DNA from: an uncultured Actinomycetes bacterium
Lineage (GTDB): Bacteria; Actinomycetota; Thermoleophilia; Gaiellales; Gaiellaceae
Assembly (NCBI GenBank): GCA_963824775.1
Contig: CAWGQF010000011.1
Location: 60,389 to 124,388, forward strand
Direction: 5' to 3'
Length of the DNA stretch: 64,000 nucleotides
Positions 1-10,092 of this stretch are shown here, piece after piece. Made by a program: the position numbers and the translations under genes. Within the stretch, counting starts at the first letter, position 1. Each line of letters starts with the position of its first letter. The notes below the pieces were generated by a model that had not been told where the DNA came from, did not search any database, and worked only from the letters and a program-made list of their open reading frames with translations.

Positions 1-1518
1 CGAGGATCGCTTACGACGAGGCGAGGGGCATCTTCTCCCCGACCGACCTCCCCGCGAACGTAAGCGCAGTCGGCTCGGTCAGGGGTACGTCGGCCGACGT
101 AGCCATCCCTCCGGCCGCGTTCAAAGCGAGCGGAGGGAAGAGCTTCGTCTGTCTCTGCGAGGACGTGACGACGAAGGACGTGAAGCGCGCCGTCGCCGAG
201 GGGTTCGACTCGATCGAGCTGGCCAAGCGCTACACGACCGCCACGATGGGCCCGTGCCAGGGCCGCCTCTGCCACCTGGCGACGATCCGGCTCTACGCGC
301 GCGAGAACGAGACCGATGAAGCGTCGATCGGGACGACGACGGCCAGGCCGCCGTGGGCGCCCGTCTCGCTCGGCCTGCTCGCGGGGCGCGGACACGAGCC
401 GGCGAAGCTGACGTCGATCCACCACCGCCACGAGGAGGCGGGAGCGACGATCATGTGGACGGGCGAGTGGCGGCGGCCGCACTCGTACGGCGACCCGGCG
501 GACGAGGTGCGCGCCGTCCACGAGGGACTTGGCGTCATCGACGTCTCCACGCTCGGCAAGCTGATCGTCTCGGGGCCGGACGCGGTCCCGTTCCTCGAGC
601 GGCTCTACCCGAACCGCTACGGCGACCTGGCCGTCGGGCGCGTCCGCTACGGCGTCCTCGGCACGGACGCCGGACGGATCATGGACGACGGCACGATCGC
701 CCGGCTCGCGGACGACCAGTTCTACGTCACGACCACGTCGACCGGCGCGGAGACGGTGGTCGAATGGTTCGAATGGTGGAACGCGGTCTGGGGCTTCGAC
801 GTCGAGATCGTGAACGTGACCGGCGCGCTTGCTGCGGTGAACATCGCCGGGCCTCGTGCGCGAGACCTCCTCGCGCGGCTCACCGACCTCGACGTCTCCA
901 ACGAGGCGTTCGGGTACCTCGACGCCAAGCGCGCTCCGGTCGCCGGCGTCCACTCGCTCCTCCTCCGGATCGGCTTCGTCGGCGAGCTCGGCTACGAGCT
1001 CCACTTCGCGAGCCCCTACGGCGAGTACGTCTGGGACACGATCCTCGAGGCCGGTGCCGAGCTCGGCGTCAGGCCGTTCGGGCTCGAGCCGCAGCGGGTG
1101 CTCCGCCTCGAGAAGATGCACGTCCTCGTCGGCCAGGACACCGATTCCGAGTCGAACGCCCTGGAGGCCGGGATGCCCTGGATCGTCAAGCTCGACAAGG
1201 ACGACTTCGTCGGGAAGTGGTCTCTGGAGGAGGTCAAGGAGCGCGGCTTCCGCGAGCAGCTGGTCGGCTTCGTGATGCAGGACGGTGTGGTTCCGGCCGA
1301 AGGAGGGCCAGGTCGTCGTCAACGGCCGGCCGGCGGGCCGGGTGACGAGCGCGCGGTGGAGCGACGAGCTCGGCAAGGCGATCGGACTCGCGTGGGTGCG
1401 GCCGGAGCTCGCCGAGGACGGAACCGCGCTCCTCGTGAAGGTCGGCCCGCGCCTCGCGTCCGCGGAGGTCCGGCTGCGACCGTTCTTCGACCCCGATGGT
1501 GAGCGGCTGCGCGCATGA
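1..1518 (+). CDS. soxA: Sarcosine oxidase alpha-subunit family protein, C-terminal folate-binding (GcvT-like) part. The 5' end is outside the window. One apparent +1 frame break near 1295-1307.
   Basis: The frame is open from base 3 (..GKSFVCLCEDVTTKDVKRAV..). ORF 165..1502 carries GcvT-type sequence (GVIDVSTLGKL, YELHFASPYGEYVWD). The expected C-terminus (RVTSARWSDELGKAIGLAWV) continues in ORF 1285..1518. Confidence 0.85.
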
Positions 1519-2044
1519 CCGCGCTCGAGTTCCTCTCCGTGCGCCCGGCGCCCGCGACGTCGTTCCGACCTGCGCCGCGCTCGCCGCTCGACCGCGCGCT
1601 CGCCGCCGGCGTCCGGGTCGGCCTCGATCTGACCGACCTCTCGCTCGTGCTCGCGAAGCTCGAGGTTCGAGGCGACCTCGCCGGAATCACAGCCGCGGAC
1701 GACCTGATCCGGATCACGCCCCGGCGCGGGCTCGTGCTCGCGCCGATCGCCGAGTGCGAGTCGCTCGAAACCGGGCTGGGTCAGCAGGGGGTCACCGTCG
1801 TCGACCTGACCGGAGCCCTGGCCGGGCTGCGCATCGAGGCGGCCGATGCCGCGACGCTCATGCGCCGCCTGACCGATCTCGACCTCGAAGCCCTGCCCGC
1901 CGTCGGTGCGGTCGCGCGCGTGCCCGCGCTCCTCCGCGGCGGCGGCGACTCGTTCGAGCTCTTCTGGCCGCAGGAGCTCGGCCACCACCTCGTCGAGGTC
2001 GATCGTCGACACGGCCGAAGGTTCGGGAAGCGGGCCTCCGGTGA
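1515..2044 (+). CDS. soxG: Sarcosine oxidase gamma-subunit family protein. The last codons appear to be in another frame (break near 2000).
   Basis: ATGA overlap with the soxA stop (1515-1518). Size and position between the alpha and beta genes fit the gamma subunit. The frame ending TGA 2042-2044 overlaps GTG 2041 (GTGA) of the next gene. Confidence 0.6.
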
Positions 2045-3259
2045 AGGACATCTTCCGCGAGCGGCGGATGTGGCGGCGCGCGCGGCGAGCTGAAGCCCCG
2101 CTACGACGTCGTCGTCATCGGCGGCGGCGTCGCACGGCCTCGCGACCGCGTACTACCTGGCGAAGAAGCACGGCGTGACGGACGTCGCCGTCCTCGAGCA
2201 GAGCTACATCGGCTCGGGAGCGGCCGGGCGCAACACGACCATCATCCGCGCGAACTACCGCACGCCCGAGGGCGTCGCGTTCTACAAGGCGAGCGTCAAG
2301 CTCTACGAGCGGCTCTCGATCGACCTCGACTTCAACCTGCTCTTCTCGCAGCAGGGCCACCTGACGCTCGCGCACTCCGACCGGGCGATGATCACGATGA
2401 CCGAGCGGGCCGAGGTGAACCAGCTCCTGGGCGTCGACAGCCGCGTGATCGGCCCGGAGGAGATCGCGGAGCTCTGCCCGCAGATGGACCTCTCGCGCGA
2501 CGTGACCTGGCCCGTCATGGGCGCGCTCTACCACCCGCCCGGCGGGATCATCCGCCACGACGCCGTCGTCTGGGGCTACGCGCGCGGCGCCGACCGGCGC
2601 GGCGTCGAGCTCCACCCGTACACGAAGGTCACCGGGATCGAGCGGGCGAACGGCCGCGTGACCGGCGTGCGGACGACCCGGGGCGACATCGCGTGCGACA
2701 CCGTCGTCAGCGCTACCGCGGGCTGGTCGACGCTCGTCGCCGACCTGGCGGGCGTTCCGCTTCCGATCACGACGCACATCCTCCAGGCGTTCGTGACGGA
2801 GCCGGTGAAGCCGTTCCTGGACGTGATCATCGTCTCGTCGCAGATGCACATCTACGTCTCGCAGACCGACCGCGGCGAGTTCCTGATCGGCGCCGAGATC
2901 GAGCCGTACACGACCTACTCGGGGACGAGCACGTTCCCGTTCCTCGAGACGTCGGCGCGGCACGTCCTCGAGCTCTTCCCGCAGCTCGAGCGGACGAAGG
3001 TGCTCCGCCAGTGGACGGGGCTCTGCGACCTGAGCCCCGACTACAGCCCGATCCTGGGCGAGACCGAGGTCGGGGGCTTCCTGATCTCGACCGGCTGGGG
3101 AACCTACGGCTTCAAGGCCGCGCCGATCGTCGGGCACGACGCTCGCCGAGCTCGTCGCGACCGGCAAGACGCCGGCGCTGATCGAGCCGTTTGCGCTCGA
3201 GCGCTTCCGCGCGCGACGCGCTCGTCTCCGAGCTCGCCGCGGCCGCCGTCTCACACTGA
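2041..3259 (+). pseudogene. soxB: Sarcosine oxidase beta-subunit family FAD oxidoreductase, disrupted as sequenced by four +1 frame breaks (about 2075, 2120, 3135, 3215).
   Basis: Consecutive pieces lie in successive frames: VKDIFRERRMW; KPRYDVVVIGGG; SHGLATAYYLAKKHGVTDVAVLE..GRNTTIIRANY..STGWGTYGFKAAPIVG (ORF 2175..3815); TLAELVATGKTPALIEPFALERF; then ..LVSELAAAAVSH stop at 3257-3259. Confidence 0.85.
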
Positions 3260-3479
3260 GCGCGCTCGGGGCGAGTCCTGGGCGCGGCTCGGCGCTCGCC
3301 CTGAGCCGGGTCTCCCAGTCGCGGTTCGTCGGTCCGGCAGTTCGGGCACGCCCGGAGCGTCGGTTCCGCTCGTCAGCTCGAGGTGCCCCCAGGCGGCCCT
3401 CGAGAGCAGGCCCTCGGCCTGCGTCCGTCCGCAGAGGCCGCAGTACAGGTTCAGGCGCGACACCGTGAGTGAGACGAAT

Positions 3480-3635
3480 TTACCCCAGGGCCCGATGAAC
3501 GGGCCGTCGACGTCCGGCGAGCAGCAGGATGACGACGATCACGACGCAGAGGAGCGAGAGCCCGAGCATGAAGGGCGTCACGCGCGGATCGGCCGTCTGC
3601 TTCGGCGGGAACTCGATTTGCCTCTCGCGAGCCAT
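3480..3635 (-). CDS. Small single-pass membrane protein (51 aa), function unknown.
   Basis: ATG 3635 is preceded by the strong SD GGGAGGAG. Sequence MARERQIEFPPKQTADPRVTPFMLGLSLLCVVIVVILLLAG.. has one hydrophobic helix. It lies downstream of amt in the same orientation. Confidence 0.55.
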   Translation of the reverse strand: MARERQIEFPPKQTADPRVTPFMLGLSLLCVVIVVILLLAGRRRPVHRALG

Positions 3636-3645
3636 GTCTCCTCCC

Positions 3646-3921
3646 TTACGTGCCTGGTTTCGGTCTCGGGCCTGCAAGCGGCGGCTGACTCGGGCCGGGC
3701 CCGGCGGGACTCCGCCCGGAAGCGGCAGGCCGCCGGCGCGCTCGAAGCAGAGCCGCCTGTGCGCTCAGCTTGCGGTTCTCGAGCATCACCCACCCCACGA
3801 TCGCCGCGACCATGAGGATGATCCCGAGCACGGTCAGGACGTAGGTGCCCGTGCCCGGGCCGAAGGTCCAGAACGTCGTGATCGTCTCGCTCCACTCGTC
3901 GTGTGGGAAGGTGTCGAACAC
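3646..3921 (-). CDS. Small membrane protein (91 aa as called), function unknown.
   Basis: It starts 10 nt after the amt stop. Sequence MFDTFPHDEWSETITTFWTFGPGTGTYVLTVLGIILMVAAIVGWVMLENRKL has one TM helix. The Pro/Arg-rich tail may be out of frame. Confidence 0.5.
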   Translation of the reverse strand: MFDTFPHDEWSETITTFWTFGPGTGTYVLTVLGIILMVAAIVGWVMLENRKLSAQAALLRARRRPAASGRSPAGPGPSQPPLAGPRPKPGT

Positions 3922-3931
3922 GGCGCCTCCT

Positions 3932-5376
3932 CTACCTCCGGATCCGTTCGCCGGGCCGGTGGCCGTTCGTCACGTCGGCGTAGCCCTCGAGGAGCACGGC
4001 GGCCGAGTCGACCGCCTCGCCGTCCGGGAGCACGATCGTCTCGGGCACGCGCTCGAACTCGGGGAAGAAGTCCTGCTGGAACTCGGCCATGTCGAGGCCC
4101 TCGAGCTCCACCTCGGGCGGAACGCGGAGCAGGTTGAGCTTCTTCAGCACCCAGCTCACGCCGTAGCCGGGCAGGAACGCGAGCGGGAGGAACGCCATGA
4201 TCCCGACGAGCTGGCCGCCCATGGACGACTCGATGTTGTTGATCCCCGTCGGGTAGCCGCCGGCGAAGATCCCGACCAGGAAGACGCCGTAGAAGCCGCA
4301 GACCCCGTGGACGGCCACCGCCCCCACCGCGTCGTCGATGCGGAGCTTCCGCTCGATCCAGGTACCCGAATAGACGGCCAGCATGCCGCCGGAGGCCGCG
4401 AGCAGGTAGGCGAGTGACGGGTGGTAGACGTCTGCGCCTGCCGAGACCGAGATCACGCCCGCGAGCCCGCCCGGACAGCGTCCAGAACGGATCGCCGTTG
4501 CTCGCGAACCAGCCGCCCGTGAACCCGCCCGCGAAGCCCACGGTGATCACGAACGCGATCGCGCCGAGCGTCGTCGGGGACAGGTAGATGTTGAGCCACC
4601 CGGGGAACGTCGTCGACTGGATGACCAGGCAGGCGGCGTAGAAGCCGTAGAAGCCGGTGAAGATAAGCATCAGCCCCATCAGGGTCAGATGGGTGTTGTG
4701 ACCTCTGAAGGTCCGTGCCCGGCCCTCGCGGTCGAACTTCCCTATCCGGGGGCCTAAGTTCAGGAGCACACCAAGGGTGAAGGCGCCCGCAACGCCGTGC
4801 ACCACCCCCGAGGCGATCGCGTCGTGGAAGCCGAAGCGGGTCGTGAGCCAGCCGCCGGAGCTCCAGCCCCAGGCCGCGTCGAGGATCCAGACGAACGAGC
4901 CGAGAACGGCGGCCAGGATCAGGAAGGCCGACAGGCGGACGCGCTCGATCAGCGCCCCGGACATGATCGAGGCCGTCGTCCAGGAGAAGAGGAGGAACGC
5001 GAGGAAAAAGACCGCGCTGACGTGATCCTGGAGGTTCGGGCCCATCGCGTCCGACCACGGCGCCGTCAGCCCCGCAGAATCCTGGCAGGGCCTCCGGGCT
5101 GTTGTGTCCGTCCTTCGGCCAGCCCTCCTGGAAGCAGCCGTACGTGTACCAGCCGAAGTAGTAGAAAGTCGGCGTCACGACGGCGATCGTGAGGATGTTC
5201 TTCATCGCCGTCGACATGACGTTCTTGCGTCGTGAGGCCCCGCCCTCGTACGCCATGAAGCCGACGTGGATCAGCCACATGATCACGACCGTGAAGAAGT
5301 AGAACTGCTCGGTCAGGATCTGCGAATCGAGCGAGACCTGATCCTCGACACCAGCCTGCGCCACGATCCAGTCCAT
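3932..5376 (-). CDS. amt: Ammonium (possibly methylammonium) transporter, Amt family. Two +1 frame breaks (about 5062 and 4472).
   Basis: Collinear ORFs 4453..5376, 3834..5045 and 3932..4456 carry consecutive Amt sequence: FMAYEGGASRRKNVMSTAMKN; FGFHDAIASGVVHGVAGAF; DDAVGAVAVHGVCGFYGVFLVGIFA. Confidence 0.9.
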
Positions 5377-5407
5377 CAGCCCGCCTCCTGCCGATCCCGC
5401 CGAACGC

Positions 5408-5764
5408 TCAAAGGCGGGCAGAACCTACGGAAAGCCCGGTGCGCGTCCCAGGTAGGAGCGTGCCACCTTTTCCGGAGTCCGCTGTGTTCGGTTTGAACAT
5501 CACGGGTTGCCGGGGTCGGACCTCGGTGACCTCACGGGTTCGTGCGTCCACGAGGACGACCGTGACGCGATCCGGGTTCCCGTCGGCGTCGAGCGTCGAG
5601 AGCGACACGGCCCAGTACGGACGGGACTGGAAGCCTCGGCGGACGAGCCGCACCTGCGTCGCCTCCGGCTCGTAGCTCACCTCGCCGCGTGCGATCTCGA
5701 CGGCGTCCTCCTTGGAGATCTCGGCGCCGGCGCCCGCGCAGCCGCGCGCCACGACGACCGCCAC
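5408..5764 (-). CDS. PepSY-like domain protein, probably a lipoprotein or membrane-anchored protein. The start is uncertain.
   Basis: ..ARGCAGAGAEISKEDAVEIARGEV..PYWAVSLSTLDADGNPDRVTVVLVDARTREVTEV resembles a PepSY fold. A hydrophobic stretch is in frame upstream but has no canonical start. Confidence 0.45.
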   Translation of the reverse strand: MAVVVARGCAGAGAEISKEDAVEIARGEVSYEPEATQVRLVRRGFQSRPYWAVSLSTLDADGNPDRVTVVLVDARTREVTEVRPRQPVMFKPNTADSGKGGTLLPGTRTGLSVGSARL

Positions 5765-5810
5765 AACGAGGATCGCGAGGATGATCGCGATCTTGCCGAG
5801 CGGCCTGTCC

Positions 5811-6062
5811 CTAAATGCGGGCTTGGTGTCGGCGGTGGACGACAGCGTAGACCCGCAGGATCAGGTAGCCGACGAAATGCGTGAGCAGGACGAGCAGGAG
5901 CCACCAGATCCACCAGATCCAGGTGGCACGGAGCTCGCGAAGCTCGACGACGGTCAGGTAGAGCGCGAGCGCGAGGGCGAGCAGGAGCGGGATCGGCGTC
6001 CAGCCCAGCAAGAGGAAGACGAGCACGGGCCCTATGGTCGAGCATCGCCTCCCGCCGTGCAA
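5811..6062 (-). CDS. Small two-helix, Trp-rich membrane protein, function unknown.
   Basis: ORF 5811..6062: ..VLVFLLLGWTPIPLLLALALALYLTVV..WIWWIWWLLLVLLTHFVGYLILRV. Same strand and operon context as amt. Confidence 0.4.
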   Translation of the reverse strand: MHGGRRCSTIGPVLVFLLLGWTPIPLLLALALALYLTVVELRELRATWIWWIWWLLLVLLTHFVGYLILRVYAVVHRRHQARI

Positions 6063-6080
6063 GCAGCCGGCCGAGCCGGC

Positions 6081-7451
6081 CTAGTTCCAGGGGTAGGGCG
6101 AGCGCGAGACGGCGTGCGTGACGCCGGCCTCGTACCGCGAGAGGCGAAACGGGTCGAGGCGGCTCTCGCCGCCGCCCACGATGTCGGCGGCGACGAGCTT
6201 GCCGAGGCCGATCATCTTGAACCCGTGGTTCGAGTCGAGGACCGCGTAGGCGTTGGGGCGGACGAAGTCGACGACCGGGTAGTTGTCGGGCGTGAACGCG
6301 CCGACGCCGCCGTGCGGGTCTGCGTGCCAGTCGCGTCCCTTGCCGCGGAAGCGCTCGTGCGCCCACGCGAGGCCCGCCGTGAAGTAGTCGGTGAACTCGT
6401 CGCCGACGACGTGCTCCGGGTTCGCGTGCCCGTACGGCTCGAGGTCGACCTCGGTGCCGAGCCGGATCGGCACGCCGCCGCCCTGCACGCCGTATCCCCG
6501 CCGGCCGATCTTGTAGTAGATGCCCCAGGGCCCGTCCTCGATCACGTGCCCGTCCCGGTCGGACGCGAGCGGCACGACGTGGTCGAGGTGGACGACCGGC
6601 GGCTCGCGGCCGGCTCGGTCGACGAAGTCGACGTCGTCCAGCCAGAAGTCGCCCTCCTGGAGCTTCCAGTAGGTCGCGATCGGCAGCAGCTCGTGGTCGC
6701 CGTTCGCTTCGACCCGAGGCGCGTCCCCGATCGGTGAGGTCGGCTTCTCCTTCTGCCGCACACGAACCTCCTCCGGCAGATCGAGCATCCGCCAGACGTG
6801 CCCGCTCCAGGGACCCGGCGCGGCGACGAAGAGCTCCGTGTCGACCGGGCCCGCGGTCGTCTCCACCGCTGCCACCTCGCCGTCCCGCAGGTCGATCCCG
6901 GTCACCTCGACGCCCTCGTAGATCCGGACGCCGAGCGAGCGCGCAAGCCGGGCCAGGTTCTCGACCGTGCGCCCGGTCTCCGCCCAGCCGCCCTGGTGCT
7001 CGTGGAGGACAGCCTCGATCCCATCGCCCGACCAGTCCGGAAAGATCGCGCGCATGTGCTCGCGGCACCGTTCCTCGCCGAGGACGACCTCGGAGCGGTA
7101 GCCGATGTCGGCCTGCCGCCGCTGGATCGCGACGCAGTCCTCGGCCTGCTGCTCGGGAACCGCGGCGATGTAGCCGACCGGGTGGTAGCCGAATCCCGCC
7201 GGGTCGGACTCGAAGAGCTCGACCGACACCCGGATGACCTCGGCCATCGGCGGCGAGAAGTAGAAGTTCCGGACGACGCCGCAGGCGATGCCGGAGGCGC
7301 CGGCGCCGATCCGGCTCTTCTCGACCACGATCACGTCCCGGCCGGAACCCTGCCCACGCTCGGTGAGCTCGAGGGCCAGGTGGTACGCCGTCGAAAGGCC
7401 GTGGACGCCGCCGCCGAGGACGATGTAATGGGAGGCGGACGGGAGCGCCAC
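6081..7451 (-). CDS. FAD-dependent oxidoreductase (DAO/glycine-oxidase superfamily), substrate unknown.
   Basis: Intact 456-aa ORF with N-terminal dinucleotide motif IVLGGGVHGLSTAYHLA. GTG 7451 lies 3 nt after the stop of the upstream small ORF. Confidence 0.85.
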   Translation of the reverse strand: MALPSASHYIVLGGGVHGLSTAYHLALELTERGQGSGRDVIVVEKSRIGAGASGIACGVVRNFYFSPPMAEVIRVSVELFESDPAGFGYHPVGYIAAVPEQQAEDCVAIQRRQADIGYRSEVVLGEERCREHMRAIFPDWSGDGIEAVLHEHQGGWAETGRTVENLARLARSLGVRIYEGVEVTGIDLRDGEVAAVETTAGPVDTELFVAAPGPWSGHVWRMLDLPEEVRVRQKEKPTSPIGDAPRVEANGDHELLPIATYWKLQEGDFWLDDVDFVDRAGREPPVVHLDHVVPLASDRDGHVIEDGPWGIYYKIGRRGYGVQGGGVPIRLGTEVDLEPYGHANPEHVVGDEFTDYFTAGLAWAHERFRGKGRDWHADPHGGVGAFTPDNYPVVDFVRPNAYAVLDSNHGFKMIGLGKLVAADIVGGGESRLDPFRLSRYEAGVTHAVSRSPYPWN

Positions 7452-7454
7452 GAG

Positions 7455-7739
7455 CTAGTGGCCCACCGGCGGCTCCCAGCCCGCCAGCACGGGAGGCCGC
7501 CAGTCCGTCCCGACCGTTCGCGAGCCCTCGATCCACGAGCCGAGCTCGGGCTGCGGGAACTTGCAGTGGGCCTCCTTGAGCTGGATGCCGTACGAGTTCC
7601 CGGACTGCAGGTGCGTGATCAGCACCTTGCGGGCAATCTCGTCCTCGCGCCCCGCAGGGATCGGGAAGTAGATCCGGAGGAACGAGTTCGAGTAGCGGTC
7701 GAAGACGGCCGGGACGCCCTCCTCCTCGAGCAGCGTCAC
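7455..7739 (-). CDS. Hypothetical small protein, 94 aa minimum. Its frame stays open up to 7883, so the true product may be about 140 aa.
   Basis: Non-low-complexity sequence: ..FDRYSNSFLRIYFPIPAGREDEIARKVLITHLQSGNSYGIQLKEAHCKFPQPELGSWIEG... It is tightly coupled to the downstream flavoprotein gene. I do not recognise a family. Confidence 0.5.
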   Translation of the reverse strand: MTLLEEEGVPAVFDRYSNSFLRIYFPIPAGREDEIARKVLITHLQSGNSYGIQLKEAHCKFPQPELGSWIEGSRTVGTDWRPPVLAGWEPPVGH

Positions 7740-7753
7740 GTCCTCGAGCCAGT

Positions 7754-9322
7754 TCAGATCCTCGCCCGGCGTTGCGGCGATGAGGTCGACGTCCTCGACG
7801 AGCGAGAGGTTCTCCTGGTAGGCGAAGCGCCGCCCCGAGAGCTCCTCGGCGTCGAGCTGGACGTGTCTTCTGCGGCTCCTCCATCACTCTCCTCGGCCGG
7901 GACCATCCCGGGCTCCGGCAGGTAGTCGACGGGGTACTCGAGGTGCTTCTCGAGGAGGCGCTTGATCTCGGCGAGCGCGTTCTCCTCGCTCACGCCCGGG
8001 ATGTAGCTCGTCCCGGCGAGCGGAACCTTCGCCATCGCCGCGGCCTCGACGGTGAGCGCGCAGAGATCCTCCGGCTCGAGCGAGTGGACGTTCGTCTTCC
8101 CGCACGCGCGCGCGAGCATCTGCACCTCGAGCGTGAGCGTGTGGAGGAAGTTGTAGGTCCGCTCGGCTGCCTCCTCGACCACGAGCCGCTTGCGGAGCTC
8201 CGGGTCCTGGGTCGTGATCCCGACCGGGCAGCGGCCCGTGTGGCAGTGGTAGCACCGACCCGCGGGAACCCCGACCGTCCCCTCGTAGTCGGTGACGCCG
8301 GGGATCTCCTTGTTGCAGTTGAGCGCCATGAGCGCGGCGTGCCCGATCGCCACGGCCTTCGCCCCGAGCGCGATGCACTTCGCGACGTCGCCGCCGTTCC
8401 GGATACCGCCCGCGACGACGAGGTCGATCTCGTCCACGAGCCCGACGTCCTCGAGTGCCCGGCGGGCCTCCGGGATCGCGGCCATGAGCGGGATCCCGGT
8501 CTCCTCGGCCGCCACGTGCGGGCCCGCGCCGGTTCCGCCCTCGGCGCCGTCGAGGTAGATGATGTCCGGCCCGCACTTGGCGGCCATGCGCACGTCGTCG
8601 TACACACGCGCGGCGCCCAGCTTGAGCTGGATGGGAATCTGGTAGTCGGTCGCCTCCCGCACCTCCTGCACCTTGAGCGAGAGGTCGTCGGGCCCGAGCC
8701 AGTCAGGATGCCGCGCAGGCGAGCGCTGGTCGATCCCCGCCGGGAGCGAGCGCATCTCCGCGACCTGCTCGGTCACCTTCTGGCCCATCAGGTGCCCGCC
8801 GAGCCCGACCTTGCACCCCTGCCCGATGAAGAACTCGCACGCGTCCGCCAGCATCAGGTGGTGCGGGTTGAACCCGTACCGGCTCTGGATGCACTGGTAG
8901 TACCACTTGGTCGAGAGATCGCGCTCGGGCGGGATCATCCCGCCCTCGCCCGAGCAGGTCGCCGTGCCCGCCATCGAGGCGCCCTTGGCGAGCGCCATCT
9001 TCGCCTCGAGCGAGAGCGCGCCGAAGCTCATGCCCGTGATGTAGATCGGGATGTCGAGCTCGATCGGCTTCGCCGCGAAGCGCGCGCCGAGGACGGTCTT
9101 CGTGTCGCATTTCTCGCGATAGCCCTCGATCACGAACCGGGTGAGCGTCCCGGGCAGGAACATGAGCTCGTCCCAGTGCGGGATCTTCTTGAACATCGAG
9201 AACCCGCGCATGCGGTAGCGCCCGAGCTCGGCCTTCATGTGGATGTCGTCGATGACCTCCGGCGTGAAGATCCGGCTCCGCCCGAGGACGGTGCGCTGCG
9301 ACGGTGCGGACTCGTCGGGCAC
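7754..9322 (-). CDS. mgsC: Glutamate-synthase FMN-domain protein (N-methylglutamate synthase subunit C type). The 3' end is uncertain because the last ~45 codons are low complexity.
   Basis: Motifs GMSFGALSLEAKMALAKGA, CSGEGGM, GCKVGLGGHL, YLDGAEGGTGAGP, VVAGGIRNGGDVAKCIALGA. GTG 9322 overlaps the stop of the upstream gene. Confidence 0.85.
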   Translation of the reverse strand: MPDESAPSQRTVLGRSRIFTPEVIDDIHMKAELGRYRMRGFSMFKKIPHWDELMFLPGTLTRFVIEGYREKCDTKTVLGARFAAKPIELDIPIYITGMSFGALSLEAKMALAKGASMAGTATCSGEGGMIPPERDLSTKWYYQCIQSRYGFNPHHLMLADACEFFIGQGCKVGLGGHLMGQKVTEQVAEMRSLPAGIDQRSPARHPDWLGPDDLSLKVQEVREATDYQIPIQLKLGAARVYDDVRMAAKCGPDIIYLDGAEGGTGAGPHVAAEETGIPLMAAIPEARRALEDVGLVDEIDLVVAGGIRNGGDVAKCIALGAKAVAIGHAALMALNCNKEIPGVTDYEGTVGVPAGRCYHCHTGRCPVGITTQDPELRKRLVVEEAAERTYNFLHTLTLEVQMLARACGKTNVHSLEPEDLCALTVEAAAMAKVPLAGTSYIPGVSEENALAEIKRLLEKHLEYPVDYLPEPGMVPAEESDGGAAEDTSSSTPRSSRGGASPTRRTSRSSRTSTSSPQRRARI

Positions 9323-10035
9323 TAGAGAACCAGCTTCCTCTCCGAGGGCTCGAGGCTGTCGTAGTTGTAGAGCTTGCGGCCGCAGACAAACTTCTGGAAC
9401 TCGGGCGGCGACCCCAGCTCGTAGATCCTGAACTTGCGCTCGACGAGCTCGGTGTCGGCGTCGGTCCACTCGCCCGGGACGCAGTCGATCCCGAGCGACT
9501 TCACCTTGCCCGCGACGTAGATCGTCCCGTCGTACATCGAGTCGCCGAGGCCTGGGCCGACGTCGCCGCAGATGATCTGGCGCCCCCGCTGCATCATGAA
9601 GCCCGTCATCGAGCCGGCGTCGCCGAGCGTGATGATGGTGCCGCCCTTCTGATCGATGCCGCTCCGGGCGCCGACCTGTCCCTTCACGACGACGTCACCG
9701 CCGCGCAGCGCGGCGCCGGTCAGCGAGCCGGCGTTCGACTCGATCACGACGACGCCGGACATCATGTTCTCGCAGGCCGACCACCCGACCCGGCCCGTGA
9801 CCGTGATCTCCGGGCCGTCGATGAGCCCGCAGCCGAAGTAGCCGAGGCTCCCCTCGAACCGGATCCGGCAGCGGGTCAGGATGCCGACCCCGAGCGAGTG
9901 CCGCGCCTTCGGGTTGCGCACGGTCACGTCCGTCACGCCCTGCTCGTACAGGAGCCAGCGCAGCTCGAGGTTGATCTTGCGCGTGGTCAGATCGGCCGCG
10001 TCGAAGACGGCGCTGGTTCCGTCGATCTCAGACAC
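9322..10035 (-). CDS. mgsB: GXGXG-motif protein (GltB C-terminal-domain like; N-methylglutamate synthase subunit B type).
   Basis: Intact 237-aa ORF with repeated G-x-G-x-G beta-helix segments (GSLGYFGCGLIDG, GRVGWSACENMMSG, NAGSLTGAALRGG, GARSGIDQKGG). Confidence 0.85.
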   Translation of the reverse strand: MSEIDGTSAVFDAADLTTRKINLELRWLLYEQGVTDVTVRNPKARHSLGVGILTRCRIRFEGSLGYFGCGLIDGPEITVTGRVGWSACENMMSGVVVIESNAGSLTGAALRGGDVVVKGQVGARSGIDQKGGTIITLGDAGSMTGFMMQRGRQIICGDVGPGLGDSMYDGTIYVAGKVKSLGIDCVPGEWTDADTELVERKFRIYELGSPPEFQKFVCGRKLYNYDSLEPSERKLVL

Positions 10036-10092
10036 GCGCGGGACGGTCGCGTCCGGCTCGGCCAGTCCGCGCGCGTCGTAGGTCGGCCGTGC

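Noticed and set aside
3251-3463. 70-aa minus-strand ORF beginning ..LNLYCGLCGRTQAEG.., reminiscent of a ClpX-type zinc ribbon.
   Set aside because: It has only one CxxC pair. The rest is Pro/Arg/Gly-rich, and it overlaps the soxB 3' end. The support is insufficient to call a gene.
5677-7887. 736-aa minus-strand ORF, and similar giants (2115..3254, 9304..11034, 28479..30473, 30440..31903, 39861..41735, 25519..26919).
   Set aside because: They have low-complexity Arg/Pro/Ala/Gly composition. Each overlaps, in another frame or on the opposite strand, a gene with clear family motifs.
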